The position numbers and the translations under genes are program-made. From Azolla caroliniana (taxonomy: Eukaryota > Plantae > Polypodiophyta): DNA of 64,000 bases. This document shows, one piece after another, positions 21,851-33,556 of the stretch (its first letter is position 1; each line of letters starts with the position of its first letter). The stretch covers positions 24,242,001 through 24,306,000 of the forward strand of contig JBHGNT010000002.1 in NCBI GenBank assembly GCA_043228905.1, written 5' to 3'. A model generated the notes under the pieces. It searched no databases, was not told the DNA's origin, and saw only the letters and a program-made list of their open reading frames with translations.

Positions 21851-24557
21851 ACGGGAGAGGGTGTGGAGTGAACCACCCTCTCGACTTGCGGACAAACACG
21901 ACCCGGGATAAGGGTCAGGGATACGACGAGCCCGAGGAGGATCCTTCACACCGTATCTAGAGACCCCGGCGGTTAGCCCGAGAGCCAGCGTGAGACCTAG
22001 AGTGATGAACGGTGGCGGCGGGGGAACGAAGGCTGGATGGGTTGTCTACGGAGATCCTCACACCGATCCGGCGGTCGGCCCGAGTGCCGGCGTGAGTCCT
22101 AAAGGAGAGATCGGTAGCGGCAGGTGAACATGACCAGCAGAAGAGGTCGGACTACAGCGAGAAGACAACAACGAGCAGCGCTGTCGCGACCTTACACACA
22201 CCGATTCTACACACTCCGACGGTTGGCCCGAGACCCGGCATGAGACCTAGAGTAAGGAATGGTGGCGGCGGCAAGGCGGGCAATCAAAGGTAGAAGGGGA
22301 GGTCCCACGAGATCCTCCCACCAATATAGCGGTCGGCACGAGTGCCAACGTGAGTCCTATAGGAAAGGACGGTGGCGGCAAGTGAATGTGATCGGACGAC
22401 GAAGGCAGAGCAGCAAGGAGGTATCGGGCCGGCGAGGCGGCCACAAACCGAAACCGGACCTTCTGGCAAGGTCGATGGAAGGATGGGGGAAGAAGAAAAG
22501 GAAAACCGGTCCTATGGGATCCTCACACCAATCCGGAGACACCGGCAGTTTGAGCCGACATGGCAACGTGAGACAGAGTGAGAAGGGTGGTGGCGGTAGG
22601 AAACGGGAACCGACGATGTGGGAAGTGCGAAATGGCGATCCTACCGTGATCCTCACACCGATCCGGACACTTCGGCAGTTCGGCTGACGTGACAACGTGA
22701 GACCGAAAGAGATGGAAGATGGAGGTGGGAGCACAGGAACGAGAGTGACGATCAGTACGGGAGAAGTACAAGGGACGAAGCGGAGAACGAAGACCGGTCC
22801 TATGGGTCACCTCACACCAGGCTAGAGACTCCGGCGGTCGGGATCGGATCCGATGTAAGACCAAGATACTGACGATGGCGGCAGGAGAACGAGACTTTGC
22901 AATCCAGAGAATGACGGACGAACCCAGACGAGAACCGGGCGGAGCAGACTTCCAGATAACCGATCCGGGAGGGAGGAGAGAGCAAGCCTATGAAGAGGCC
23001 GGGAACACGGTACATCGGTACCAAGGGAGAGGGTGTGGAGCAAGCCACCCTCTCGACTTGCGGACAAAGACAATCCGGGATAAGGGTCAAAGATAAGACG
23101 AGCCCGAGGAGGATCCTTCACATCAGTTCTAGAGACCCTGGCAGTTGGCCCGAGAGCCGGCGTGAGACCTAGAGTGATGAACGGTGGTGGCGGGGGGACA
23201 AAGGCAACGGGCTACGGATGGGCGGTCTACGGAGATCCTCACACCGATCCAGCGGTCGGCCCGAGTGCCAGCATGAGTCCTAGAGGAGAGATAGGTGGCG
23301 GCAGGTGAACGTGACCAGTAGAAGAGGTTGGACTACGATGAGAAGAAAATAGCAAGCGATGCTGCTGCGACCTTACACACACCGGTTCTAGACACTCCGG
23401 TAATCGGCAACGAGAGCCGGCGTGAGACCTAAAGAGAAGAACGGTGGTGGCGGCAAGGCGAGCAACCGAAGACGGAAAAAGGGAGGTCCCACGAAGACAC
23501 TCACACCAATCCAGAGACTCCGACAGCCGGCGATGAGAGAGGGCGTGAAACCTAGAGAGAAGGACGGTGGCGGTAGGAGAACAAAATCGGATGATGGGAA
23601 GCTAAGGGAAAGGAAGTATGAGGCCGGCGAGGCGGCCACGAACCGGATACAGACCCGACCGGCAGAGTCAACAAGACAAAGATTGGACGTACTTGGTACA
23701 CGAGTCAGTGACCCAACAAATGGAGGCCCGAGAAGGATCCTTCACACCTGCCCAGAGACCCCGGTTGTTCGGCTGACATGGCAACGTCAGACCGATGGTA
23801 ATGGAAGGTGGCGGCAAAGGGACAAAGGCGGCAACAATAGAGCGGAGTTCGGCAAGGGCAAAGCCGAACACGAGAAGGGGATGCACGGCACACGGAGGTG
23901 CTGGAACAGGAGTACAGGTGCGAAGGCGAGTTGCCGATCCAGGTGATCTCATGTAGAAGGCCAAGAGGGATCCTTGACACTGGTTTCGGAGACCCTGGCA
24001 GTTCGGCCGTCGTGGCAACGTAAGACCAAGGACAAGGTAGGTGGCGGCTGTTGGGGACAAGGCCATCAATGTGGAAGTGCAAGCAACATTCGTGATGAAG
24101 GAATTTGCGTATGCATGAGCAAGATAGACACACACACACGCACACAGAGAGAGAGAGAGAGAGGCACAAAGGAAACGTTATATTCCAATAGCAACCGTTA
24201 CAAATGAAAAACCCAACCTCCACTAAAGGTTAGAAAGTCACTCTATATAGTGACTATCCTAGGGCAACTGCCCTTTATGCTATTTACAGAAATAGCCCGA
24301 ACCTGGGATGTCCAAAGGGACAGTGTGAATATGGTCATTATACACTCGTATTCGACACTCCCCCGTAATGGGCGTATACATGGGTTATCTTAAAGAATTA
24401 CAGGTATATATAAAAGGTTTATCGGACATATCGGTTTTGTCAAAGTCGGCAAGATCCGAAGACAGAAGACAGAATCGGTCGGGTCGGAAGAGCTAAAGTC
24501 GATCCTCAGAGAACCGATGTCGGTGGTCCGAAACCATCCTGTGCTGTGTGTCCGACT

Positions 24558-25900
24558 TTAACCTGACCGATTTCTTGTTACACCCATCTGGTGCCGAAGG
24601 GACCGGAAACGATCCCCCCAAAGATACTTGGTCATTCCATCTGCGACATTATCAGTTGAGGATATCTTCTCGAGACCGATTTTCCCTGAAATGACACAGT
24701 CCCGAATGAAGTGATATCGAACGTCGATATGCTTAGAGGCGTTGTGGTGAACCAGATTTTTTGACAAAGCAACGGCACCCTGACTATCGTTGTAGACAAC
24801 TGGGGCCGAGTCGGAGTCGACCTGTCGAAACGTGTGCGCCAGCCGACCGAGCCATAAAGCTTCTTTTGCCGCGTCGGACACAGCTACATATTCCGCTTCG
24901 GTCGTTGAGGTGGTTGTGCACTCCTGAAGTTTTGACTTCCACGAGATTGCTCCATTGCCAAATTTGAAACAGTATCTGGTTGTTGATTTCCGACTGTCCA
25001 CATAGCCGACGAAGTCTGAGTCGGTGTAACCGACTATGCCTAAGGTTGAGTTCGGGCCAAAAAGAATGTCGTGGTCTTTTGTGCCAGCAAGATATCTGAA
25101 CACATGCTTGACTGCATTCCGGTGCGATCGGCCGGGGTTGTGCATGAATCTGTTGACAACTCCTACGGTGTGAGAAATATCAGGTTGTCTCATGACCATC
25201 GCGTACATGCGAGAGCCGATTGTCGGTGCATACGGTACCGACTTCATATCTTCCCCCTACGGACTGGATATCGGACAATCTCGTTGAGACAGCTGAAGGT
25301 TAATAGGGAGCGGAGCGGATTGCATGTTGAAGCGTTCTAAGACACGTCCGATGTAGTCGGTTTGAGACAAGAAAAGTTGTCGTGTATCGCGATACCGACT
25401 AATCTTTATACCAAGTATGTGTCTTGCCGGACCGAGGTCCTTCATGGCAAACTTCAACCGCAGTTGTCGAAAGAGTTTGGTGAGCTCTCCGGCATGCCGA
25501 CCGGAGAGTAGCATGTCGTCCACGTAGATGATGAGGAAGACGGGAGACCCGTCTTAAGCTGTTTTGGTGAACAGACAGTGGTCCTCATCGCTCTTTGAGA
25601 AGCCGACCGATTGGATGAAGTCGTCAAACTTCTTGTACCACTGTCGGGGTGCCTATTTCAGGCCGTAGAGACTCTTCTTGAGTCGGCAGACAAGATGTTC
25701 CTGGCCGGATGCCACAAAGCCTTTCGGCTGCTCCATATAGATTTCCTCCTATAGGTCACCGTGGAGGAATGCCGTTTTTACATCTAGTTGAATCAGCTCC
25801 GAATTGTCAGCAGCCACGATGACGAGCATGAAACGAAGGGTCTTCATTTTCACCACTGGTGAAAAGATTTCGTCGAAGTCGACGCCATATTCTTGTCGAA
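24558..25900 (-). pseudogene. pol: Copia RT-RNaseH remnant
   Basis: QLDVKTAFLHGDL, YVDDML, GYTDSDF, STTEAEY and KHIDVRYHF, with stops and frameshifts. Confidence 0.92.
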
Positions 25901-26738
25901 CTCCGCTAGTATCCTTTTCTCGAACTCGGACCATGTTGTCTTACCTTCTTGAAGCTGGATGACGCGTCTTTGGATGTTGTTGGCGACAACTCTCTTGAAG
26001 CTTGCAATTTGACGTGCCTCCGACATGTCCCTCTGATTCATCTCCCTTCTATATCCATCAAGGAACTTTGTAACATTCCTTCCATCGAATTGGCCCTCGA
26101 GCTCTACGACACGATCGACAACCTTCTCCACGCTCGCGTCGTTGTCCCGAGATCTCATCATTTGCTCGACGATTAGCATCATCCTTTCGAGCTCTCCCGC
26201 TTGGTTGCTTGAGGACACCATCTCCAAGTATTAATCTCGGCTTGATCCTTCCTACTGCCTCTTTCACGTCGGGTTCACCACTTAATTATGTCATGAAGAT
26301 CCGTCACTACGCGCGGATCGTGAGGTGGAACCGCCGGGGTTCTGGACCGGAAGGATTCAAAGTCGGTACAAGCTTTGGCGAGAAAGTACTGAAGATGGAT
26401 TGGGAAAGAGAGAAGTTGAAATTAAACGATTGAGAGAGATTGATTGAACTTTTTTCTTTGGATTTAAGAAACAAGTTACACCATCAATTTGATAACGAAT
26501 TTCTTCTTCTTAATTTCATAATAAAAAAAACCGTGTTTTTTCTCCTCCCCCTTCCTTCTTTTATAGATGCTCTCATGCATATGATGCATGTGAGGGTACA
26601 AGACATGCATAAATTTCATGTTTGCCATTTGGCGCTTATGTATTACATGTGGTGCACGATAACCATGTCACTCATTTTAGCTCTCATGTATGAGAATTTA
26701 CATCTAAAAGTACAATGATAGAAATATAATTTCAACTA

Positions 26739-26810
26739 AATAGTATGGCTTAATGGTAAGCCAATTGACTCCTAACTTGGAGGTGCAAGGTTCGAATCCT
26801 TACTTGCCCT
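26739..26810 (+). other. tRNA-like A/B-box module in LTR D, best-preserved copy
   Basis: A box TGGCTTAATGG at 26746-26756, D stem GCTT/AAGC, loop CT-CCT-AA, B box GGTTCGAATCC at 26789-26799, T stem AAGG/CCTT. Confidence 0.75.
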
Positions 26811-27102
26811 CCTTGTATATGTAAATATGTATATATATTTATATATTTATTTATCTAGACGCCGGTTCGCCGGATGCCGTCGGTTACCGGTGCCTCGCCG
26901 GATGCCGTCGTCTCACCGGCGCCAGATGTCGTCGCGTTGCCTCATGCATGTGAGGGTACAAGACTTGCATAAATTGCATGTTTGCCATTTGGCGCTTATG
27001 TATTACATGTGGTGCACGATAACCATGTCACTCATTTTAGCTCTCATGTATGAGAATTTACATCTAAAACTACAATGATAGAAATATAATTTCAACTAAA
27101 TA

Positions 27103-27174
27103 GCATGCATGGCTTAATGGTAAGCCAATTGACTCCTAACTTGGAGGTGCAAGGTTCGAATCCTTACTTGCCCT
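27103..27174 (+). other. Duplicated tRNA-like module in LTR D
   Basis: A box at 27110-27120 and B box at 27153-27163, within a tandem duplication of about 360 bp. Confidence 0.75.
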
Positions 27175-27738
27175 CCTTGTATATGTAAATATGTATATAT
27201 ATTTATATATTTATTTATCTAGACGCCGGTTCACCGGATGCCGTCGGTTATCGGTGCCTCGCCGGATGTCGTCGTCTCACCGGCGCCAGATGCCGTCGCG
27301 TTGCCGCCGGATACCGCTGCCGTCGTCATCTCACCGGCTCCATCGCTGGTCCGGTTTTGGTTGGCCAAAACCCTTTACGAGTAGCTAGCCCACCTCCACT
27401 CTTAGTTCAAGTTACCTTGAACTCTCTATGCTCCACACATAGACACAAAGATAATATCTTTTGCTCTACCTTATATATGATGAGAGCCGTATTTGTCGTG
27501 CCTATGTGGGATATCTCACAATTTTCTGTTTTCCTTTCACAAACTTTATACCCTCATATCTTGACATTTAGTTGTCTGTTTCTCGTGTAATAAAGTGCAT
27601 TCGAAACCTCCATCATTTTGTACTTAGATATTAAATTTATTTAAAATGTTATCTTCACAATTATTGTATTATGTGATTCATACTCGATTTCGTACGTTTT
27701 ATGGGATTTTCACACTATTGCCGAAAATCTTCACGACA

Positions 27739-28525
27739 CCGCTCTCTGAGCTTTGTCAGTTTTTGCTTTGAGTGCCCGGCAATTGGCTTTGATGTGTCCC
27801 GGTTTCTTGAAATAGTTGCAGATTCAGTTGTCCCGGGACTTGCTCCAGCTTAGCTGATTGTTTGGCGGTCGGGAAGAACTTCTTCCCCGGTTGTTCGATC
27901 GGTCGGTCGAACCTTCTACTACGTAAGCTTCATCGGCTAAGTCTTTGGCGAAAGGCTTTCTCCGAGCTGCTTCAGTCAGGATTGCGCTCGTGACTTCGGA
28001 GTACTTAACGACAGTTGTTGAAGCATTGCATACAGTTGTAACGAAAGTTTCCCATGAAGAGGGGAGACTACTCATGAGTATCATTGCTCTGAGTTCATCC
28101 TCGAATTCCGTCCCCTGAGACAAGATTTGGGAGCTTATGCTTTCGTACTCATTGAGGTGTGCCTGAACCGAATCGGATTCTTTTATTCGGAAGTTGTAGA
28201 GGCGCCGGATCAGATACATCTTCGTTGCGGCAACCTTCTTTTCATAAGTTTCTGACAGTGTTTTCCAAAGTTCAAACGCTATCGTGCATGATTGCACTAT
28301 GAAGTACACTAACTCCGACAAGTGCATCCGAATCGTGGCATGGACGATTCTGTCCAGCTTTAGCCACTCGTTTGCCTTGTATGCTTCTTGAGGATTTTCA
28401 TTCTCAATCGGGTCTATTTGACCCTTGACTATGAGATAGTCCTGCATTTGTTCCTTCCTGAAGTTGAAGGTCGAACCGTCGAACCTCCTTAGACTCATCT
28501 CCGATGAGCCGGATGTTGATGCCAT
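27739..28525 (-). pseudogene. gag: Copia gag of element H
   Basis: RFDGSTF..., ELWKTLSETYE, LMSSLPSSWETFV (UBN2-type gag), followed by a decayed Zn knuckle. Confidence 0.88.
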
Positions 28526-29181
28526 TTGCTTCTGTTTCGGTTGTTAAGACTCGGTTCGGAGTTGACTACGAACCTTAGTGGGGTGCTGTCGGTCGGCTCA
28601 CCCGATATTGTTCTAGTCGGTTATGAACCCGAGTCAGTTTGGTTTCGGATACTTGTTGCTGAACTTGCTCGGAGTGACTCTGATAACTTGAGGGACAGAA
28701 CTGGCTGGTCTTCCCGAATGTTGCTGAGTCGGAGTGAGCCTGGTTAGCTTCCGATAGTATGCCAAATACCGATTACACGAAACCGATTGTTTGGGCCGAT
28801 TCTGCTTCGGATGACTGTAGCAATGAGAGGGACGGATCCAACTGATCCTCCCAAATGTCAATCAGCCGAATGAAGCACGAAGTGGTTGGTTGTTGCTCAA
28901 GGAGCTCCCCTCAAGTGGTTACAATCACAAGAACAAAGTACAACCGACTGGCTTACTCCAATTTGTGATTTAACGCAGCGAGATGCGAGCTTTTTGTTTT
29001 TCTTCTCCCTTCTCGATTCTTCAAAGAAAACGAAAACAGAATGTTGTGTTGTGCGATGACAGCCGGCAGCAGGTTGAAGAACCTCCAACGCTCTGATACC
29101 AAATGTTGGGGACAAGGCCGTCAATGCGAAAGTGCAAGCAACATTCGTGATGAAGGAATCTGTGTATGCATGAGCAAGATA

Positions 29182-29224
<43 letters not shown>

Positions 29225-29454
29225 GCACAAAGGAAACGTTATATTCCAATAGAAACCGTTACAAATGAAAAACCCAACCTCCACTAAAGGTTAGAAAGTC
29301 ATTTTATATAGTGACTATCCTAGGGCAATTGCCCTTTGTGCTATTTACAGAAATAGCCCAAACTTGGGCTGTCCAAAGGGACAGTGTGAATGTGGCCATT
29401 ATACACTCGTATTCGACAGCGGCGAGGGGACGAAGGCGGTGGAGATCAGCGCGG

Positions 29455-30587
29455 TGTCGCGGTAATCCGCGCTTGCTTGTCAGATCCGGGCGGGACCACC
29501 AGGGTCATGGACCAGGAGGGGAGGAGTTGTCGGGGACCCGAATCTTCCAGAGCTTGTCGCGTTGCCGGCCAGTTCGATCACGGATACTCTCCGGACGCGA
29601 CCGCTAACCGCACGGGAAGCGAGAGAGCGCGCCCTCATCCCTGATACCCCTTTCGCCCGTATGTACAAGGAGCCCAAAAGAGGCACGAGACACGCCCATA
29701 TACATACTCGGTTACAACTGGCACCTCTACACCGGCGACCACACACGCAACCGCTCTCGAACCCTACGCTAACCGGAGACACACACACCTACACACGCAA
29801 TGCTCATTGCAATGCAAGTTCCACACGTAGGGGAAGAGGGAGCCTGTATCCTAGGGTTGGTCGGGGCGCTCTCGGGCTTGTCCGCGAAACGGGACCCTCG
29901 TGCAAAGCACGCCTCTTCAAGAACGACCGCCTCCTGTGCCCAGCTGCCTTCAACCAGCGCACGGGCTCCATGAACTGAGTGGGGTCTTGCACGCCAAGGG
30001 GGGAGACTTGTCAACGAACCACCTAGCGCGTGGGCTCTGCATTAGCGACAAAAGCCAGCACCTACACACGCACTCGCAGACATGCCGGACAGCATAGTGT
30101 TGAGAGCCAACGAGCAGGAACTCGGGGAAAGCACAGACAGTCTGCGCGCTGCTTGCCACAACCGAACACACTGCCTATGCACGCACATAGAAGACACCGA
30201 AACCCTAACAAAAAACAGAGACAACGCACCCACACACCAAGATGAAGAGAAGAAAAAAATACATGTTATACGCAGAAGTTAATTAACACTAAACGGAACC
30301 TCAAAACAAGGAACAATGACAAACAAAATTGTTTGGGACCCAACGGGTGGGAACCCTTGTACAAGAAGCGTGCCCTCCCTTTTATAGAACAAGGCGAGGG
30401 TCGCGTGATTATGTGGGATAAATCCCGTGATACATGGGATCCTCCATCCCGACTTTATTGCCGCTCAGCGCCATAAGGACGCCCCTATTTCGTATACAAT
30501 TGTTACATGAGTGGGCGCAAATGGTGCACCTTGCCGATTCCTCCAATATCTCCCGGTTTCTCACTGTAGCCCAAAATCTTCTTGACA
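29455..30587 (-). mobile_element. Solo LTR, long subfamily E
   Basis: Reverse complement of the 30946-33033 LTR type. Flanks GCGG and ACGG form a 4-bp TSD with one mismatch. Confidence 0.88.
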
Positions 30588-30945
30588 ACGGAACGAGAAC
30601 TGGGACGACGCGAAGCTCTATGGAGGCCAAGCGGGCCATCACGGGTGCTCCTCGGACGGAGGACACCACATATCCAAAGGGACGAGAAGTGTGCATGCGG
30701 TTGATAGAAGGGCCCACGAGAAGCACACGCACTACGGGATTGCTGCGAATGGCCTATCGACGAGTCGAACAAGCCTACAGGGAGGCAAATGCAGAGAAGG
30801 AACCAGAGCCAACGGTTCGGACCGGCGAGGCCAACGTGGCGGCCGGAATGCGAATTACGGAAGACCGGTTCCTCACCAGCCAGAATCTCTAAGCCTTCTC
30901 CAAACTTGGCACGTACCGGTGGACGTGCGGTTTGGTGGGGGCGGA

Positions 30946-31895
30946 TGTCGTGAAGATTCCGTGCCATGGTGAGAAACCGGGGAATATCAGAAGAATCGGC
31001 GGGGCGGAGCATGTGCACTCACCCTTGTAAAAAACCGTGTGAACAATAGGGGTGCCTTTATGGCGCCGAGTAGGAGTTAATTTGGGGGAAGAGAATCCCA
31101 TCTAAGTTGGGATTTATCCCACATAGTCACGTGACCCTCACCTTGTTCTATAAAAGGGAGAGCGCGCCCCTTGTAAAGGGGTTCCTCATTTTTGAGGTTC
31201 CATAGGTTCCATTTTTCTGGTGTTAATAACTTCTGAGCATAACGTCTTTCTGTCTTCTCTTCATCTTGGTGTGTGTGTGTTGTCTCTATTCTCTGTTAGG
31301 GTTTCAGTGTCATGTGTGTGCGTGCGTAGGTGGCGTGTTTAGTTGTGGCGGGCAATGTGCGCACTGTCTGCACCTTCCCTGAGTTCCTGCTTGTTGGTTC
31401 TCAGTACTCCACGGTCCAGTACGTCTGTGTTTGTGTGGGTGTTGGCTTCTCCCGCTTGTGAAGAGCCCGCGCGCTAGGTGGTTCGTTGGCAGGTTTCCCT
31501 CCTTGGCGCACAAGACCCAACTCGAATCAGCGAGCTCGTGCCCTCCCCTGAAGGCGGCTGGCGACAGGAGGTGGTCGTTCTGTAAGAGGCGTGCCCTGCA
31601 CGAGGGTCCCGTCGCACGAACAAGCCTAGGAGCTCCCCGACCGACCCTAAGATGTAGGCTCCCTCTTCCTCTCTGTGTGGATCTGGCGTCGCAGCGAGCG
31701 TCACGTATGTATGTGTGTGTGTGTTTCTGGTTAGCGTAGGGTCCGAGAGCGGGTGCGTTGTCGGGGTAGTTGTGGTTCGTGTGGCGAAGTCGCGGGGACT
31801 AAGGTTAAGGGGAGTTGAAGAAACTTAACTTTTAATAAGGCTTGTATGGTGATGATAGAATGGTTAAGGATAGTAAGAAGAAGAGTTACGAGTAA

Positions 31896-31930
<35 letters not shown>

Positions 31931-33033
31931 CGAGCATAGATAAAAGATAGAGACAGTGTATGAATCAAGAAAGAAGATTGAGACAAAGTATGATTCTAGA
32001 AAGAAGATTGAGACCAAGTATGATTCAAGGAACAAGAGTGTATGATATAAACATTCAATGTATATTAAAAGTATAATATTTTACCAACTTTACAATCCTT
32101 GATCGCAAACTGAACACATTCTCTATTGACCCTTGATTTGAACCCACGACCTCAACTTCGAAATGAGAGATTCTCCACCCAATGAGCTAATCTTCTTTAT
32201 TTGATTGTATTATTTTCTCACTCTCTCTTCATTCCTTACCTTGTTTTCCCTTTCCCCTCTTTATATAAGTGTTGCCATGCATATGGTAATGTATGGGAGC
32301 ATGGCATGCATGCAATGCATGAATTCCATGTAATGCATGATCGCCATTTGGCGCACATGCATTGCATGTGATGAATGATGGCTATGTATGAAAATAGATA
32401 TGGGATAAGTATAATGATGAAAATGCATTCTAAAATAACTAACCTAGCTTAGTGGTGTATGCTTGGTGCTTGGTATACAAGGTTGAGGGTACAAGTCCCT
32501 CAATTTTACTTAATAAAATATATAGCTTCATTCTTATATCATGAAGCACATTTATTACACACTTTTACAAATAAATAGCCTAGCTTAGTGGTATGTACAT
32601 TGTACATCGTATATAAGGATGTGGGTTCAAGTCTCTCAAATATTATTAAATACAACATTTAAGCTCATTTTTATATTGTGAAGCACATTCTTCACGACAG
32701 CGTGCGTGTTCGCCGATGTAGAGGTGTCGGTTGTAACCGGGTGTGTATATGTGTGTGTGCGTGTGCGCGTGTGCGTGGGCACGGTTAACGGGGCCGTGTC
32801 CCGTGCTTCTTTTGGCCCCTTGTACATACTAGCAAAAGGGGGCGGCAAGGATGAGGGCGCGTCTCTCACTTCCCGTGCAATTACCGGTCGCGTCCGAAGA
32901 GTATCCGGGATCGGACCGACAGGCAACGCAACAAGCTCCGGAGGATTCGGGTTCCAAGCAACTCCTCCCCTCCTAGTCCATGACCCCGATGGTCCCGCCT
33001 GGATCCAACGTGCAAGCGCGGATTACCACGACA
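30946..33033 (+). repeat. 3' LTR (type E) of C1, interrupted by solo LTR A
   Basis: Starts TGTCGTGAAGATT after the PPT and ends GATTACCACGACA. Confidence 0.88.
31759..32699 (-). mobile_element. Solo LTR of subfamily A with three tRNA-like modules
   Basis: Reverse complement of 5424-6310. TSD GCGT at 31755-31758 and 32700-32703. Modules near 32128-32190 (-), 32438-32505 (+) and 32574-32640 (+). Confidence 0.95.
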
Positions 33034-33232
33034 ACGTAGCAATAGGCCCGGTTCAGTTTTGGTTCGGTTCGGTTTCTTGGCCTTGAAACCAAACCAAACC
33101 ATTTATTAATAATAAAAACCGAACCAAACTGTTTTAAAATTTATGAAGCCATTTAAACCAAACCGTTTACGAAAAGTTTAAAACCAAACCAAACCAATTT
33201 ATCATAAATCAAAACCAAACCATTTTTTATTG

Positions 33233-33465
33233 ATATTAACAATCATACTTCTTATAAATTTGTGTGAGAAAATCATCATAAATTTTGTCATCATACTTAT
33301 CATAAATTTTGTCATCATACTTATCATAAATTTTGTCATCATACTTATCATAAAATTTGTCATCATACGTATCATAAATTTGGTCATTATACTAATCATA
33401 AATTTGATCATTATACTTATCATAAATTTGATCATCATACTTATCATAATTGATCATCATAAATT
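33233..33465. repeat. 24-bp minisatellite, about 9 copies
   Basis: Unit ATCATAAATTTTGTCATCATACTT. Confidence 0.92.
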
Positions 33466-33556
33466 TAAAGGAGACTCTACATATAGTACATATAAAATTT
33501 AATAAGTTAAAACAAGAGTTTAAAATTAAAAGTTAAAAGTTAGAGCCTATACATAA

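Larger units (their letters stand above)
20270..24040 (+). repeat. Degenerate tandem array of roughly 110-160 bp units in the C1 internal region
   Basis: Recurrent GATCCTCACACC...GAGACYCCGGCRGTYGGC...GCCGGCGTGAGACC...GGTGGCGGC, about 15 copies. Higher-order repeat of about 1.15 kb (20325 vs 22696 after removing the solo LTR). Confidence 0.8.
25900..27738 (-). mobile_element. Truncated Gypsy D: 5' LTR 26289-27738, Trp PBS and gag start
   Basis: LTR homologous to 20635-21850, PBS at 26263-26280. gag MEMVSSS...FDGRNVTKFLDGY...TWSEFEK is fused to Copia RT near 25900. Outer flank CCGC. Confidence 0.9.
24049..29418 (-). mobile_element. Ty1/Copia element 'H', internally deleted
   Basis: LTRs at 24049-24357 and 29104-29418, TSD GCGGC, iMet PBS TGGTATCAGAGC at 29090-29101 (-), PPT at 24358-24364. 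PR and INT are missing. Confidence 0.95.
7969..33033 (+). mobile_element. Non-autonomous gag-only Gypsy 'C1', probably a recombinant of two copies, hosting several nested insertions
   Basis: 5' LTR 7969-18535 (split by the Athila-like element), Trp PBS, decayed gag, repeat array, no pol, PPT GGTGGGGGCGGA, 3' LTR 30946-33033 (split by solo LTR A). ACGT on both flanks. Confidence 0.72.

Noticed and set aside
20270-24040. CRISPR-like repeat-spacer array
   Set aside because: Repeats are long and degenerate, linkers recur in higher-order duplicates, there are no cas genes, and the context is a eukaryotic retrotransposon.
25850-26227. Novel Gypsy-gag/Copia-RT fusion gene
   Set aside because: A deletion junction between two decayed elements, out of frame with the Copia RT, which itself has stops.
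26739-26810. Functional tRNA-Arg(CCT) gene
   Set aside because: Boxes, D arm and T arm are present, but acceptor and anticodon stems do not pair and the loop differs between copies. Kept only as a tRNA-like module.
33202-33502. Hydrophobic I/M-rich repeat proteins
   Set aside because: Translation artefacts of the 24-bp minisatellite.
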